Assembly: GCA_026770705.1 (NCBI GenBank) | Contig: JANJGN010000026.1 | Coordinates: 35,526,001 to 35,590,000, forward strand | Source: Isurus oxyrinchus | Taxonomy: Eukaryota | Direction: 5' to 3' | Length of the DNA stretch: 64,000 bases | Shown: positions 49,880 to 61,749 of the stretch, piece after piece | How the letters are laid out: each line of letters starts with the position of its first letter | Numbering within the stretch: the first letter of the stretch is position 1 | Notes under the pieces: model-generated | Databases searched by the model: none | Told to the model about the DNA's origin: nothing | The model's input: the letters and a program-made list of their open reading frames with translations, nothing else | Position numbers and translations under genes: made by a program

Positions 49880-50130
49880 ATGTTTCTCAGTCACTGTTAT
49901 AATATAATGTAGAGAAGGCAGCAGCCAATTCTTGCCCAGTAAAAGACTTCAATAAACGGCCGGCCTCTTTCAGTAATGATGACTGACCGGGGCAATTCCT
50001 CTCCTGTCCTCAAGAAAGTGGCTGTGCGATCTATGATGCTGAGAGGGCAAACAGTGCCATCGATTGAACATCTCATTTGAAACCCGGTACCTCTGACTGC
50101 ACCATTTCCTGAGGGCAGCACCGGGGTAAC
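49880..50130 (-). mobile_element. Deu-core-like SINE remnant
   Basis: Reverse complement resembles 23220-23460. Confidence 0.55.
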
Positions 50131-51554
50131 AGCATTGATCCTAGGGCTCAAGACCTTGGTGGTGGAGGAGGGAAGGTGTGGGTGTGGGATGGGAATGGAA
50201 GGTTGAAACTTTTGTTTCAGGGGCAATAATGATGAGAACAGAACTTCGCCTGACAAGTAGAGCTCTCAGGTTAACCCCTGTATGGTTAATTCTTAGACAT
50301 CAGTATCTTTTAATAATACATATAAAATGGACAATAGATGAGTGCAAAGCTTTTCTAGATGTGAGTGACATAATGGCAGGCATCTGGGCAGCCGTCAATT
50401 GGCGCCTCGGTCACCTTTTCTCCCAGAACAGGAGGTCAGTTTCCATTGGGGCCTCCTCGGTAAGTTCCCGAGTTGTCCTTACTGACAGGCTGCCGGTGTC
50501 CTATTGAGCGGAAAGTATCTCTGAACAAATCGGCCTCAGAATCTGGGAAACTGCAGGAGGTGGTGACTGTTCATCAACTCAATCCAGGAAAAACGGATTG
50601 AAATAAAGAAAAGAAAACTGAAAAATAAACTTTACTGGTCCCCGTGGCAACAGGAAACGATAAGCTTAACCCATGGAACCAAATGTCACTCAACAAGAGA
50701 AAGAAAGACTTTTCCTGATGTCACGCTTTTCCAACTCAGGATTTCCAGAAGCCTTTCCAACCTCAGGAAGTACGTTTCCAGTGCACTCACTGTTGCGATA
50801 TTGGAAACATTATTTCCACAAAGGAAAACGGGAATGTTTAATTCTCTGCCAGGATAGGTTGTCACTCTGATCCTGGAGCAAAGGAATTTGTGAGGCCAGG
50901 TGTTTTCCAGATAATTTCAACTTGCAGAAAATAGTAACCAGAACATTCGGTAACGAGCTGATGGACACCTCTTACTCTAAGGCGCATTGAGCAAACCTGC
51001 TAAACATTGTGTCAACCTGCTTATTCAGACAACCCATTGACATTGGAATACAATGATTCATAGTGTTCATCCTCTAAGTCCTCTGTGCCATCCCCCTCCT
51101 CCTTCAACTGCCATACCTTAGGAGGCCGTTGATGACCATGGACTTACATTGGATTGGGCTATGATTATGTTTGCAAGGTACTTCAGTTGTTTGTCGTTGC
51201 TTTCTGCAGTATTACTGACCAAGAATCTCTCCTCTCTTGTCACCTACCATCAAGCATATTGGAAGCATTTACAGACTGATAATCAACCTTTTTGACCACG
51301 TTAGGAACTGACTTTCTGTGGCCATAATGTCCTGAATTGAGACTTGAACCTGAAGCTTCTGACCCAAAAGTATGGACGCTGCCAGTGCTCACGAAGACCT
51401 TCTTCCATGCATAATTCATACATAGGCTCTTGCCCTAAATACACTATCGTTTGCGGTGAAGTGTCATCAATATATTTCCTGTAATGCCCAGCGGTCACCT
51501 GTGACAGCGGTGAACTGATGGCTCTGTCACTTTTGGACAGATAAAAGGATTTGA

Positions 51555-51570
51555 AGCGCCATCTAGTGGA
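51555..51570 (-). promoter_or_regulatory. CTCF-binding motif
   Basis: TCCACTAGATGGCGCT. Confidence 0.7.
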
Positions 51571-52104
51571 ACCCTGTCTGTGAAACAACGATTCTCAACT
51601 TATTCTGGAATATTGCTGCATGATATTGGTGGATAATTATTATGGCATCTTATTATTTTTTTTTGCTCAGATTTTATTATTACTGCACCTGATGCCTTTT
51701 TTCATCTTTTGCTTTTGCTATATGTGCTATTTCATATTAGTTGCAAGATTATTTGTCTGTTTTCCGACATGCCTACGTCATTAGTACAGTGCATGTCATT
51801 TGCACACATAGATGAGGTTCTCATTAATAAATTCATAAACCCACAACTTATGAGGTTGGATTGTAAATTTCTAAAGAATGGAATGCTTCTAAGCCCCCTA
51901 ATCATAAAACAGGAATGTCAACCAAATTTCAATAAGCGAATGTATCAGAGTATTTTTCTACGATTAGGAATAAAAAAGTGAAATTTTACGGCAGTAATTT
52001 CTTCGTATGATCAACTTTGCGTTTTCCTTTTACCGATTTCACTTCCATCACACTAACTTCTAAAGCCCATGGGCTTATTTTCTCCTCAGTCCCCATGTTG
52101 AGTG

Positions 52105-52422
52105 AATTATTGTACAGCTCCTCCTCCCCTTATTTCACCATGCCTCTCTGTACTGTAATACACGCAGCGTCTGACAGTTGAACCGTGTCAACAGTGACAG
52201 TGATGGAGCTTTTCTCACGGTCCACCCCTATTTTAAACTTTCCCTCAACTCTTTCATTGCTGTAAGTGGAAACGAGATACTCGGGAGCTTGATTGGAGAA
52301 TTGCCGTTACCAGAATACAATATCATTTTTCGTGAATATAACATTGTGATGAAGCAAAATGGTTTGTCCAACAGTTTCCCAAAACATCGATATCTGAAAT
52401 GTCTTCCAGTGACAAGGAACAA
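52105..52422 (-). pseudogene. TCR V pseudogene
   Basis: VGQTILL..IVFW*RQFSNQAPEYLV...VQLSDAA; CATGGTG, 22-bp spacer, ACAATAATT. Confidence 0.8.
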
Positions 52423-52704
52423 CTGCGAAGACATGAATAACATTAGCTTTATGACACAAGAGTGGATAAAGCACTTGCGGATTTTGGCAGAATCTACTAA
52501 TCTGTCTATTGATCTCTCTCTATCTATTTATTTATCTGCATCTCTACATTCCGATCTATCTATCTATTTGCATATCTATGTATCTCATCGTTTATGAATC
52601 TTTCACACGGATATCTACTATCTTGGTCTCAGAGAGGCAGAGTTATTTCACTGTTTATCTCTTTACTTTGAACAAACAAATATCGGAAATTCAATTTAAT
52701 ATTT

Positions 52705-52965
52705 TTTGATGCTCTTCATCTGAGCCAACGTAGAGCCACCAGTCCAGTTCAACCCTTTGATCTTCCCATGACTCCACCTACTTAGGGTGTGAGCTCTGAT
52801 CCTCACACCAAACGGCTGTGAACAAAAGAAAAACCACTGAACCACCACGGGGGTACCGACAGATTGGTTAAAAACAATACCGCTGATGAGATAAATAAAC
52901 TCACACAATATCAACAGCAATAGGGCTCCAACTGGAATCAGGTCTTTGCCGGAGTTTCTGTTCAT
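52705..52965 (-). pseudogene. Leader + FR1 remnant of a V paralogous to 26424
   Basis: MNRNSGKDLIPVGALLLLIL|GTGAGT; VWCEDQSSHPK*, truncated. Confidence 0.82.
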
Positions 52966-54949
52966 GACGATGAAGATGGACAAAGGGCAGATTCAATCTG
53001 GGTCTGATTTCCAGACTGCGACTTGTTGCCGAATCCAGGACTCTCAATGGGGGGAGGTGGGGGGGGGGGGGGGGGGGAGGTGGAGAGGGGAGAGAATTAC
53101 ATTCTCTTTTTGAATGTGAGACTGATGGGCGATATTCTCACCGGTTGCACAATTATGGGATGTCGCTATATGACGTTATTCCTGGTGCCACCCAGCGATT
53201 GGCAGTTTCTCAAAACGTAGGCCACTTGAAAAGCCATTGCTTCCGAACATCTCTGCTTCCTGCATATTGCACCAGGTTATAGTGTTTCATAATGCCTGTG
53301 CTCTGTTGTCTTTACAAATGAGAAGAGGCATTAGTCATCCTACAACAGAAGGAGAGGAAGCTCAACCCACTATTCATGTATGCTGGCTGTCACGTAGTGT
53401 TATACTCTTACTGTGAATCATGTGTCTGCTGCCCGTATATTGTGCCTTTAAGAAAAATATTTTCACTGGTCAAATGTTGACCTATTTGTCTTCTAAATTA
53501 CTTGTACATTTTGTTTTCATCGCTGTTTCTCATGAACCATCACATCCTCTAACATTCCACTTCTCAAAATACGAAAACGGTCTACTCTCTCCTCCACTAG
53601 AATAATGGTAAACTTAAATGATGCCATCGAGTTACCCACCCGTTCACTCTCTCTTTTTAACCTTTTCCAAACCTTTCCTGATTGGGTACAGTTCTGTCAT
53701 TCTACTTCTTAACCTTCTGTGTTCTGGTGAAAAGATCTCCAGCTGCTCAAGTTTCTGCTCAGGATGATTGTCCCTCATCCGGCAACATCGTGCACAGTTC
53801 ATCCCACACATTGTATTTCAGGTTGACACCAAACGAAAGAAGAGTCACAAAACTGACCCAAGAGTTTGAACTGCGTCCTCAGCAATGATCTGTCCAGCTT
53901 TATTCTTGATTCTGAGTTTAACAATCCATGCCCCTGTTGATTAATGTGATTCTTTAACTTTTTATCTGCAGCTTGTTCCACACTTTCTGCATCTGGGTTC
54001 TGAATTTTTTCTCCTCCTTTACCCATTAAAGTAAATGTTTCTTCTTCGTATCCCATAACCTTTCAGCCCCTTGCTTAGCAAGAGCCTTAAAAATATCCAA
54101 AGACTCTGTTTCCACCACCTGTTTTGTTTCAGATTTCCAGCATCCGCAGTATTTTGCTTTTATCATCAAACCCGGTATTTAGCCCATGAATTTTTAAAAA
54201 ATTTATTTTAGCGTGGAAGGGACATTTTCTACATAATGGTAAAGATTGTGGACGTTGTATTTTTATGTATTTTATTTGAAGTGACACTAAACCATAAAAA
54301 TGAAGTATTATTAACAAAAAATAAAGCATGCGCTCTAGGGTTTGGGCATCGCTGGCAATTCACCTGCTGGCTGTCCATCCATAATCGGACCTTTCAACGT
54401 CTGGATCTCCCAACTTTAATAATGTGGCCCAGCATGTTTGGTGCATTCGTTTGAACTCGTGCCCCACATGGGCAAATAATGCATTGGAGAAGTGAACAAC
54501 ATTTTGGGTGTTTAACATCGAGCCAACAAGGGCACACGTCAGAGGAATTCCTTAATGAAACGTCTTTAGTTATATCAGCCAAGTAAGAATGATATCATTG
54601 AAGTTTGGCGGTAGTGCAGAGGTGACCCAGGAGTTTAGTGCTTCAGCTTGAAGTCTGTGAGTCGGGAGAAAAAACCTAAATAGTCTTTTTGGACTGTTAT
54701 CGCATAAAGAGTGAACGACAATTGGACCAGTTTTCACACAGAGTGACAGAGTCCACAAATATGGAATTACCTCTGTATAGCTAGAGGGCATTGTAGGGGT
54801 TTGGTGTTTTCTATAAAGACGAATTAAATTGGAGGTAATCTTTTAACCTGATAATGGATGATCAGATGGAAATTAGGGGCAGAGAGTAAGGGTAACGAGA
54901 ATTTAGTTGGGCCGAACGCTTTCTCATCCGTCAGTATCCGCCAGAATCG

Positions 54950-55535
54950 GGCGACGAGCAGCTCACCTCCTGACTGCCCAAAGCCGGTCCATGATCTACA
55001 AGGCACAAGTCAGGAATATGATGGAATACCCCCCACTGGCCTGGATGAGTGCAGCTCCCACAACACTCAATGAGCTTTTCACCATCCAGGACAAAACAGC
55101 CCACTTGCTTGGCACCACATCCACAAAAATTCATTCCTTCCACCACAGACACACAGTAGCAGCAGTGCGTATCATCTAAAGATGCACTGCAGGAATTCAC
55201 CTAGGGTCCTTCGACAGCACCTTCCAAACCCACGACCACTACCACCTAGAAGGACAAGGCCAGCAAATATTCGGGAACACCACCACCTGGATGTTGCCCT
55301 CCAAGTTGCTCTCAATCATCATCCTGATTTGGAATTAAATCTCCGTTTCTTCACTGCCGCTGGGGTAAAATGCTCGAACTTCCTTCCTAACAGGACTCTG
55401 GTTGTATCTACGCCAGATGGAATGCAGCAGTTCAAGAAGGCAGCTCCACACCTCCTTCTCAAAGGCAACTAGGGAAGGGCAATAAATGCTGGCCCAGCCA
55501 GCGAAGTCCACATCATGTCAATGAATAATAAAAAA
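54950..55535 (+). mobile_element. L2/CR1-group LINE 3' fragment
   Basis: IYKAQVR..MEYPPLAWMSAAPTTL; matches 33735-34290. Confidence 0.88.
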
Positions 55536-56937
55536 TGCACCTTCTGACTTTGAGGTTGATCTGCTGCAGTGAAAACACCAACACAATAATTGAATCCCTC
55601 GAGGTGGCGTGGAATAAATTGTACTCTGACAATTTCCGCAATTTATCTAATAAAAAATGAGCAGCATCTTGTGTGGTGATCTACTGTGGCTATCTGTAAA
55701 CGGCAAGTGTGTTGTGTGTGTGTGTGTGTGTGAGGGGGTTGGGGGGGGGGGGTGTGGGGTTCGGGGGTATGTGTGTGTAGCTGTGTGTTCATCGGTATGT
55801 GACTGTGCGGATGTCCAGTGTTCTAGGTGAGGTTTGTACTGCCCAGCTGAGGGCGCTTCCTGATTCCCCTGCAACATGATGTGCTTTTTCAGAGAGATCT
55901 AAATGTTGAAGAGATTCCCACTGGCCTTCTGTAGCCTCGCCGCTGTTTTTAATTTCCGCAACCCACCGCCCCCTCCTCGCCACACGACCCACTGCCCCCT
56001 GCACACACCCCCACCTGACCCCACACTCACAACCGTTATGTACCATTGATCAAAATTTGTCATTCTGCAGCTCAGGCTAGGACGATGGAAGTGGGATTTT
56101 GGCTTTAGTTATTGTCCTGATGTCTGGTCAGTGAGATTGGGACATTGCTACAATATTCCACCATTTTGTATAATTTCCCAGATCCATCTCTGGTGACCAC
56201 CCTGTTTCCGTTACTTCGCCTAACACATTGTGTGGCCACTTTTCATTTTCAGAGATAAGTAACGGGCATTCAGTGCCCCAGTCGAATCAAGAAATCAAAT
56301 CAGATGCTTCCCCAGGAAATTATAAAGGAAATGAATGAGAAAAGACATCCTGATCTAGGCAGGTTTGTCCAGCTTGAATCATCGCTGTCAGTCTTAAGAA
56401 TATTTAAATTTCTCGATCATTTTAAGTTAGGGTCAAGTTCAGATATTCCCGGCCCCGGTTTTAGTAAAAAGATGTAGATTTCTGAATGAATACCAGAGCC
56501 CCCATCTCCTGGCTTGACCCTTCAGGTCAAATTTTGAAAAGACCCCTCACCATCGCAGAGTCATGATCGCTTAATTATGTCCCTCATTCACTTTCGGCTA
56601 AGACTAGTCATGCAACCCATTGTCTGTGCAATGATTTTGATTATTTTCCACTTCACGTGTTACAGGGGGGATTGGGGGTGGAGGAGGGAGACAGACAGAG
56701 AGAGAGAAACAGAGAGGGTGGTGGTGAAAGCGCGAGACAGAAAGACAGAAAGAAAGACAGAAAGATAGAAAGAAAGAAGAAATGAAAGAAAGAAAGTCAG
56801 AGGGATAGAGAGACAAGCCAAACCAAAATCCCGCATTCACACAATAAGTGGAATCCCTTCTGTCTTTAATATCAGAAAGAATGGTCAATAAATTTAAAAC
56901 ATTCTGCGATTCTCTATCATATTCAAAACCAGATATT

Positions 56938-57355
56938 ACGTGCTCCCATGTCTCTTTCTGACAATAGCATTCGAGCTATTATTCATGAGTTTATTTACTC
57001 CCAGAATTTCGACAAACTTTGTGTTTTTGTTACAGGAACGAGTGCCCAAGATTCAATGTCTCAGGATCCTCCTGAATTAATGGTTCAAGGAAGACAGACG
57101 CCGATCTGTAGTTACGCCACATCCACCAGCAAACTCGACTGATATATCAAATATCCCGGTGGTGTTCCGAGACTTTTACTGAAGAGTTTTGGTAATGGGC
57201 AAGGACATGATTCTCCAATTTTCTCAGAAAGGTTTTCTCCTGATTTGGATAAAAAGAAGAAACCTGCCCATTTAACCCTTGTCCCTGACTCTGCCGCGTA
57301 TCACTGAGCACAGAGCCCCATGCTGTTACAGAGCCACAGTCAAGGTGTAAAAAAC
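56938..57355 (+). pseudogene. TCR V pseudogene (27861 family)
   Basis: Exon from 57036 DSMSQDPPELMV..ICSY..D*YIKYPG...DSAAYH*; Trp41 and Cys104 both TGA; decayed RSS. Confidence 0.85.
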
Positions 57356-57921
57356 GCGAGAAGGCGCCCTCATCTACCGTCTCAGAATCAATTCTGTGGC
57401 CTAGATTGTTAACTGGTAATAGAACCGAAACCAAATTAAAGACTAGTATGGCTGAATGGCACATTGCTAAGTTGCAGGCCCTGTGTCATTCTCTGGAGCC
57501 TTCCTCTTAATATCAGCTGTGGGTGTTTCCCATGGTCAGTAAGCAACACCTTTAATGCAGCCTGCGGCATTCATACAAGGACAACATTAACCATTTACCT
57601 TCATTGCCAACTCCTCACACATTGAGCCCTATGAAAGAGCCAACGTTTAGTTGTATCCTCATCTCGATCCCCGCTGGAGGAATAATAACTTCACTGATCC
57701 GTTGCACTCCTCTCTGACGCAACGAACTGGAGAGCAATGGACCTGTGAGCTGATTGGATGAATTGGAGGACAAAGGCTCGTGGAGCTGATTGGACGTCAC
57801 TTGATGACTCTTAAAGGAATGGACGAATCGCTGGGGAGACCGGATATAAATGAATATCTTTAAGTCCTCAATTACAGATTCAGTCCGTTCTGTTTCAACC
57901 CACTACCAATTCGGGGCAAAG

Positions 57922-58219
57922 ATGTTGGCTTTTGCTTTTTATTCATTTCTCACAGCTGCAGCTCTCTTACCCGGTAAATCTATAAGTTAGACAATCTTCC
58001 TCTTGCAGGACTCGTTGACATTCATTTAATGATGTTTCCCTCTACCTTCATTGTGATCTGTTACATTATGCTGCTAGTTATCATAAAATGACAATAAAAT
58101 AAGATATTAACTTTCTTTATACCTAAATATCTGCAGAAATTCAGGGTGCAGACTCCATCTCACAAGAGCCGGTTACATCAATGTGATTTGTAGGAGATGA
58201 GGTGACAATTAAGTACTGA
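57922..58219 (+). pseudogene. Truncated V of the 40584 family
   Basis: Leader MLAFAFYSFLTAAALLP|GTAAAT; exon from 58137 IQGADSISQEPVTSM*FVGDEVTIKY*. Confidence 0.85.
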
Positions 58220-59877
58220 AATTGGGCAGATTTGGCACTGAGACATAATCCCAGCCTGATGGGATAAATGGAAGTGGATATTAATTCATTCTGCAGGACT
58301 CGGTGATGAGGTGTCATTATTTGTCCTCGTTATTTGTCCTCGAATTACGACTCCAATCCCAAGAAATGTGATTGGCTCTTTAAAGCTTTGACAAATGAGA
58401 GAAAGTTGTGCGTTGTAGCAGGGCAAACAGAGATGGGACACAAATATAAATAAAAGGGGAAGGAAATACTCAGTAGGTCGGGCAGAATCTGAGAATAACA
58501 ACAATATATTTAATGTTCTGGGACAGTGACCTTTCATCAGAACTAGGACGCTTTTACTTGGAAATGAAGGGCAGGGAGAGAAGAAGAACAGAAGGGACGA
58601 ACTGTGATGGGGTGCAGGGAGAAGAGATTAAATAAGAAAAATGTTCATGGTTCAGGACCAAACGTGCAGTAAATGGACATGTAAAGAAACAGAAAATGTG
58701 TCCACAGGATGTGTGAATGGCAGGATCCTGAAAAGTAGGATACAAAAAGCAAAGAAATTGGAATAAGGGCACATCAGAAACACAAAACAAAACCAACTGG
58801 CGAGGAAAATAGAAATAAAATTGGAAATCAATTCGGCTGGCCAGTAACGCCCACATCCGGAGGATGAAGGAAACTTCCTGAGCCATTACAACACATGATT
58901 ATTACATCTCAAAATTATCATTGCATCCTCTCCCCTTCCTTCCCAGTCTACGGCCTTTAATTAAAGTTATGGAAAATTCTCTAGTTCATCTTCTTTATGT
59001 CTAAAACACTTTAGTCCAGTTTTGGTGACTTGATGAGCTCTTTGTGTGGTCGACAATTTCACTTCAAATGTTCAGTTTCACAATGAAAACACGCTTGTTT
59101 TCCATTACAGGAATTCCCAGCAGGGAACAGATTCGTTTTAAATCAATTAACATCAATGGTTCAATGCAACACATGTAGGTGATTCCCTCATGGAGGGGCG
59201 GGCTCCACTCTCGGGAATGGACGGGGTCTGTTGCATGACCCGGACATTGCACGCAGCGCTCTGAGGCAGATTCCCCTCAAGAAAACGCTAAATTAAAATT
59301 AAAAAGTGCATTTCTCTGCATCCTGGAAATTAGAGATTTAAACAAGAATTAAGTGCATATAACGAACGGTGCTAGAAACAGGAGTAAGGCAAGTTACGAA
59401 GTGCATCTGAATCCAATAAGTGGTTTCTTCACAAGTTAGTTCAAATGTGTTACCCAATCATTAAACTGCCCAATCACCAGAATTGTTTTGGGAAACCCGA
59501 ATACACTGGATAAGGCTTCATGTAAATATGTTTAAGGCTGGGTGAGACAGATTTTTGATCCACCAGATAGTCTCCTGTTATGGCTGACATGTAGGAGAGT
59601 GGAGTTAAAACACAGTCAGATCAAACATCTAACTGACTGGCCGAGCGGACGTAAGCGCCAAATGGCTGCTCGTGCTCCTATTACTTATCTTCTTAATTCT
59701 TAAGTTCTCATGCAACACGCCTAAGAAGAAATCACCTGGCCGTTATGACTTTGCTGTGTGTGAAATCTTGTTGCTTGTGTATTCACCGCCGAGTATCATA
59801 TATTACAACCGTTGATTGGCGGTGAGGATCTTTGGGATATTGTGTCCTTCTGAAATGTGCTATATAAATACACGAAG

Positions 59878-60395
59878 GAGAAAGATAGATAAGATAGAGA
59901 GCTAGAGGGAGCCAGAGGGAAATGTCAGAAAGAAAGAGAGAAATAGAAACGGGTAAAAAAAAGAGAGTAAAGGAGAGATAGAGAAAAAAGTGAAAGGCAT
60001 ATATAGAGAGAAAGCAAGATAGAGAAAGAGCGATAGAGAAAAAGAACGAGATAAAGAGAAAAATAGATAGAGGCTCATACAGTCACGGTGAGGAAATTCG
60101 AAAGAGAGGAGAAAACGGGGGAAGAGAAAGAGACAGGAGGAAACATACAAATTTAAGGCGATAGAGAGGTCGGGGTGGGGGCAGGGATGGAGAGACAAAG
60201 AGAAAAGAATGAGATGATAAGAGAGGGCCGATATAGGGAATCATACACAAAGAGAGAGAAAGAGAGAAGAGTATGGAGAATCAGAGAGAGAGGGGAAAAG
60301 GGTGTAGAAAAGAGAGTGAGAGAGCTGGGCACAGAGAGGGAGGATATGGAAAATCAGACACAGAAAGTTAGGCAAAGAAAGATTAGGAGAGAAAT
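59878..60395. repeat. GA-rich low-complexity tract
   Basis: Purine-rich degenerate (GA)n. Confidence 0.85.
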
Positions 60396-60549
60396 TAGCG
60401 AGTTTCATACTCACCATTCCATAGGTATGTTCTGTATTCCCTTGACGGACCCTCACACTCCTTCTGCCTCCCTTCCCATGGCGAGGAGAGAGACCCTGGG
60501 CAACGGGGTTTGGGCTGGGTGGGGGGTGGTTTAAAATATCAGAGCTGGA

Positions 60550-60555
60550 ACACAG

Positions 60556-60586
<31 letters not shown>

Positions 60587-60598
60587 TACACACACACA
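60550..60598. repeat. (CA)n microsatellite
   Basis: CA run. Confidence 0.95.
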
Positions 60599-61749
60599 AA
60601 GACAGACAGAGAAACCAGATTCAGGCATTGATGCTCGCCCAAAGCCGCGTGGTCTAGCGAAAGACACATTGATTCTCCAAACCTCTTATACCTCCCATGC
60701 CTGTCAGTGAAGCTTTCCGCATCTCCAAAATTATACCCCCCCCCCCCGTCCCCCCCTACCGCCATCCAACCAGCTTTCAGCTACCTCCACCTGAGGCACA
60801 CCTACCTCAGGTGTGGCACAGAACAACCGAAATTTTTGTTTGACTGGGGAGTTGGAAAACAGCAGGTAAATGATTCAGTGCAGGGTTGTCTCCCCCCACT
60901 CTCTCTCTCTCTTCCCCCACCCTCCACATCAGTCTCACACCTCAGGAACTATGGAGCTGAGAATCTGCAACTTGGAACTAAAGGAGGGAGCAGTTGGGGA
61001 TCAGACATTCATTCTGTAGCTCATTTTATGCCGGACTGAAGTAGGTAGACTGTTCCATCATCTGCTGCTTTATACTAACATTCCATCAAGTTCAAACTTC
61101 AACACTTTCTCCCCGCTGTGTCTGTTGCTCACTGCATTGACTATTTCCATTCAGCTTTACAGGACCATCTCTTGAGTCCACTGGAAAACTATGACTCAGT
61201 CCAGCTCTTTGCGCTTCAGACCTTACCGGTGCCAATGACACCGGGGCCAGGCTGCATGGTTCATGGCAGTGAACTTAGTGCTGAGCAGTCAATGGTCCAG
61301 GCGTTTAAAACGTTCAGAGATATTGAAATCCTTTAGCACATGAAGGTGAGGGAGGGGGAGGGAAAGAATTAAAGTGCGTTTGGTCTGCGATCTGATGGAA
61401 AATGGGGACAGGTGAAATGCTGCTTGGTGCCTTAGCGAGGCTGATCTGGACAGACATGCAGTGGCTCCTTTCTTTCAGCCCGAGTGGGCTGCATGATGCA
61501 GGACTCTGTGTTCTTTGGTCTGTACACAAACGCACACATTGAGATAAACATCAACTCTTGTACCATGCGGCAACAAGGCTGGAAACTGTGCAGTTAGTTT
61601 CCCAAAGAATACACTTTATTCATGGAATATTTGAAAATGCATTGATTGCAGGACATAAAGTGCAGTGCAGTTCACTCTCCTTCAGTGCAGTGTGCGTGTG
61701 GCACTCTGAGCCACTTCTATACAGTTCCAAATTGGTTAGATTTACAATT

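Noticed and set aside
61030-61260. Possible very old minus-strand V (ATG..G|GTAAGG, RGESVEV*)
   Set aside because: Leader not hydrophobic; no WYRQ, YYC or RSS
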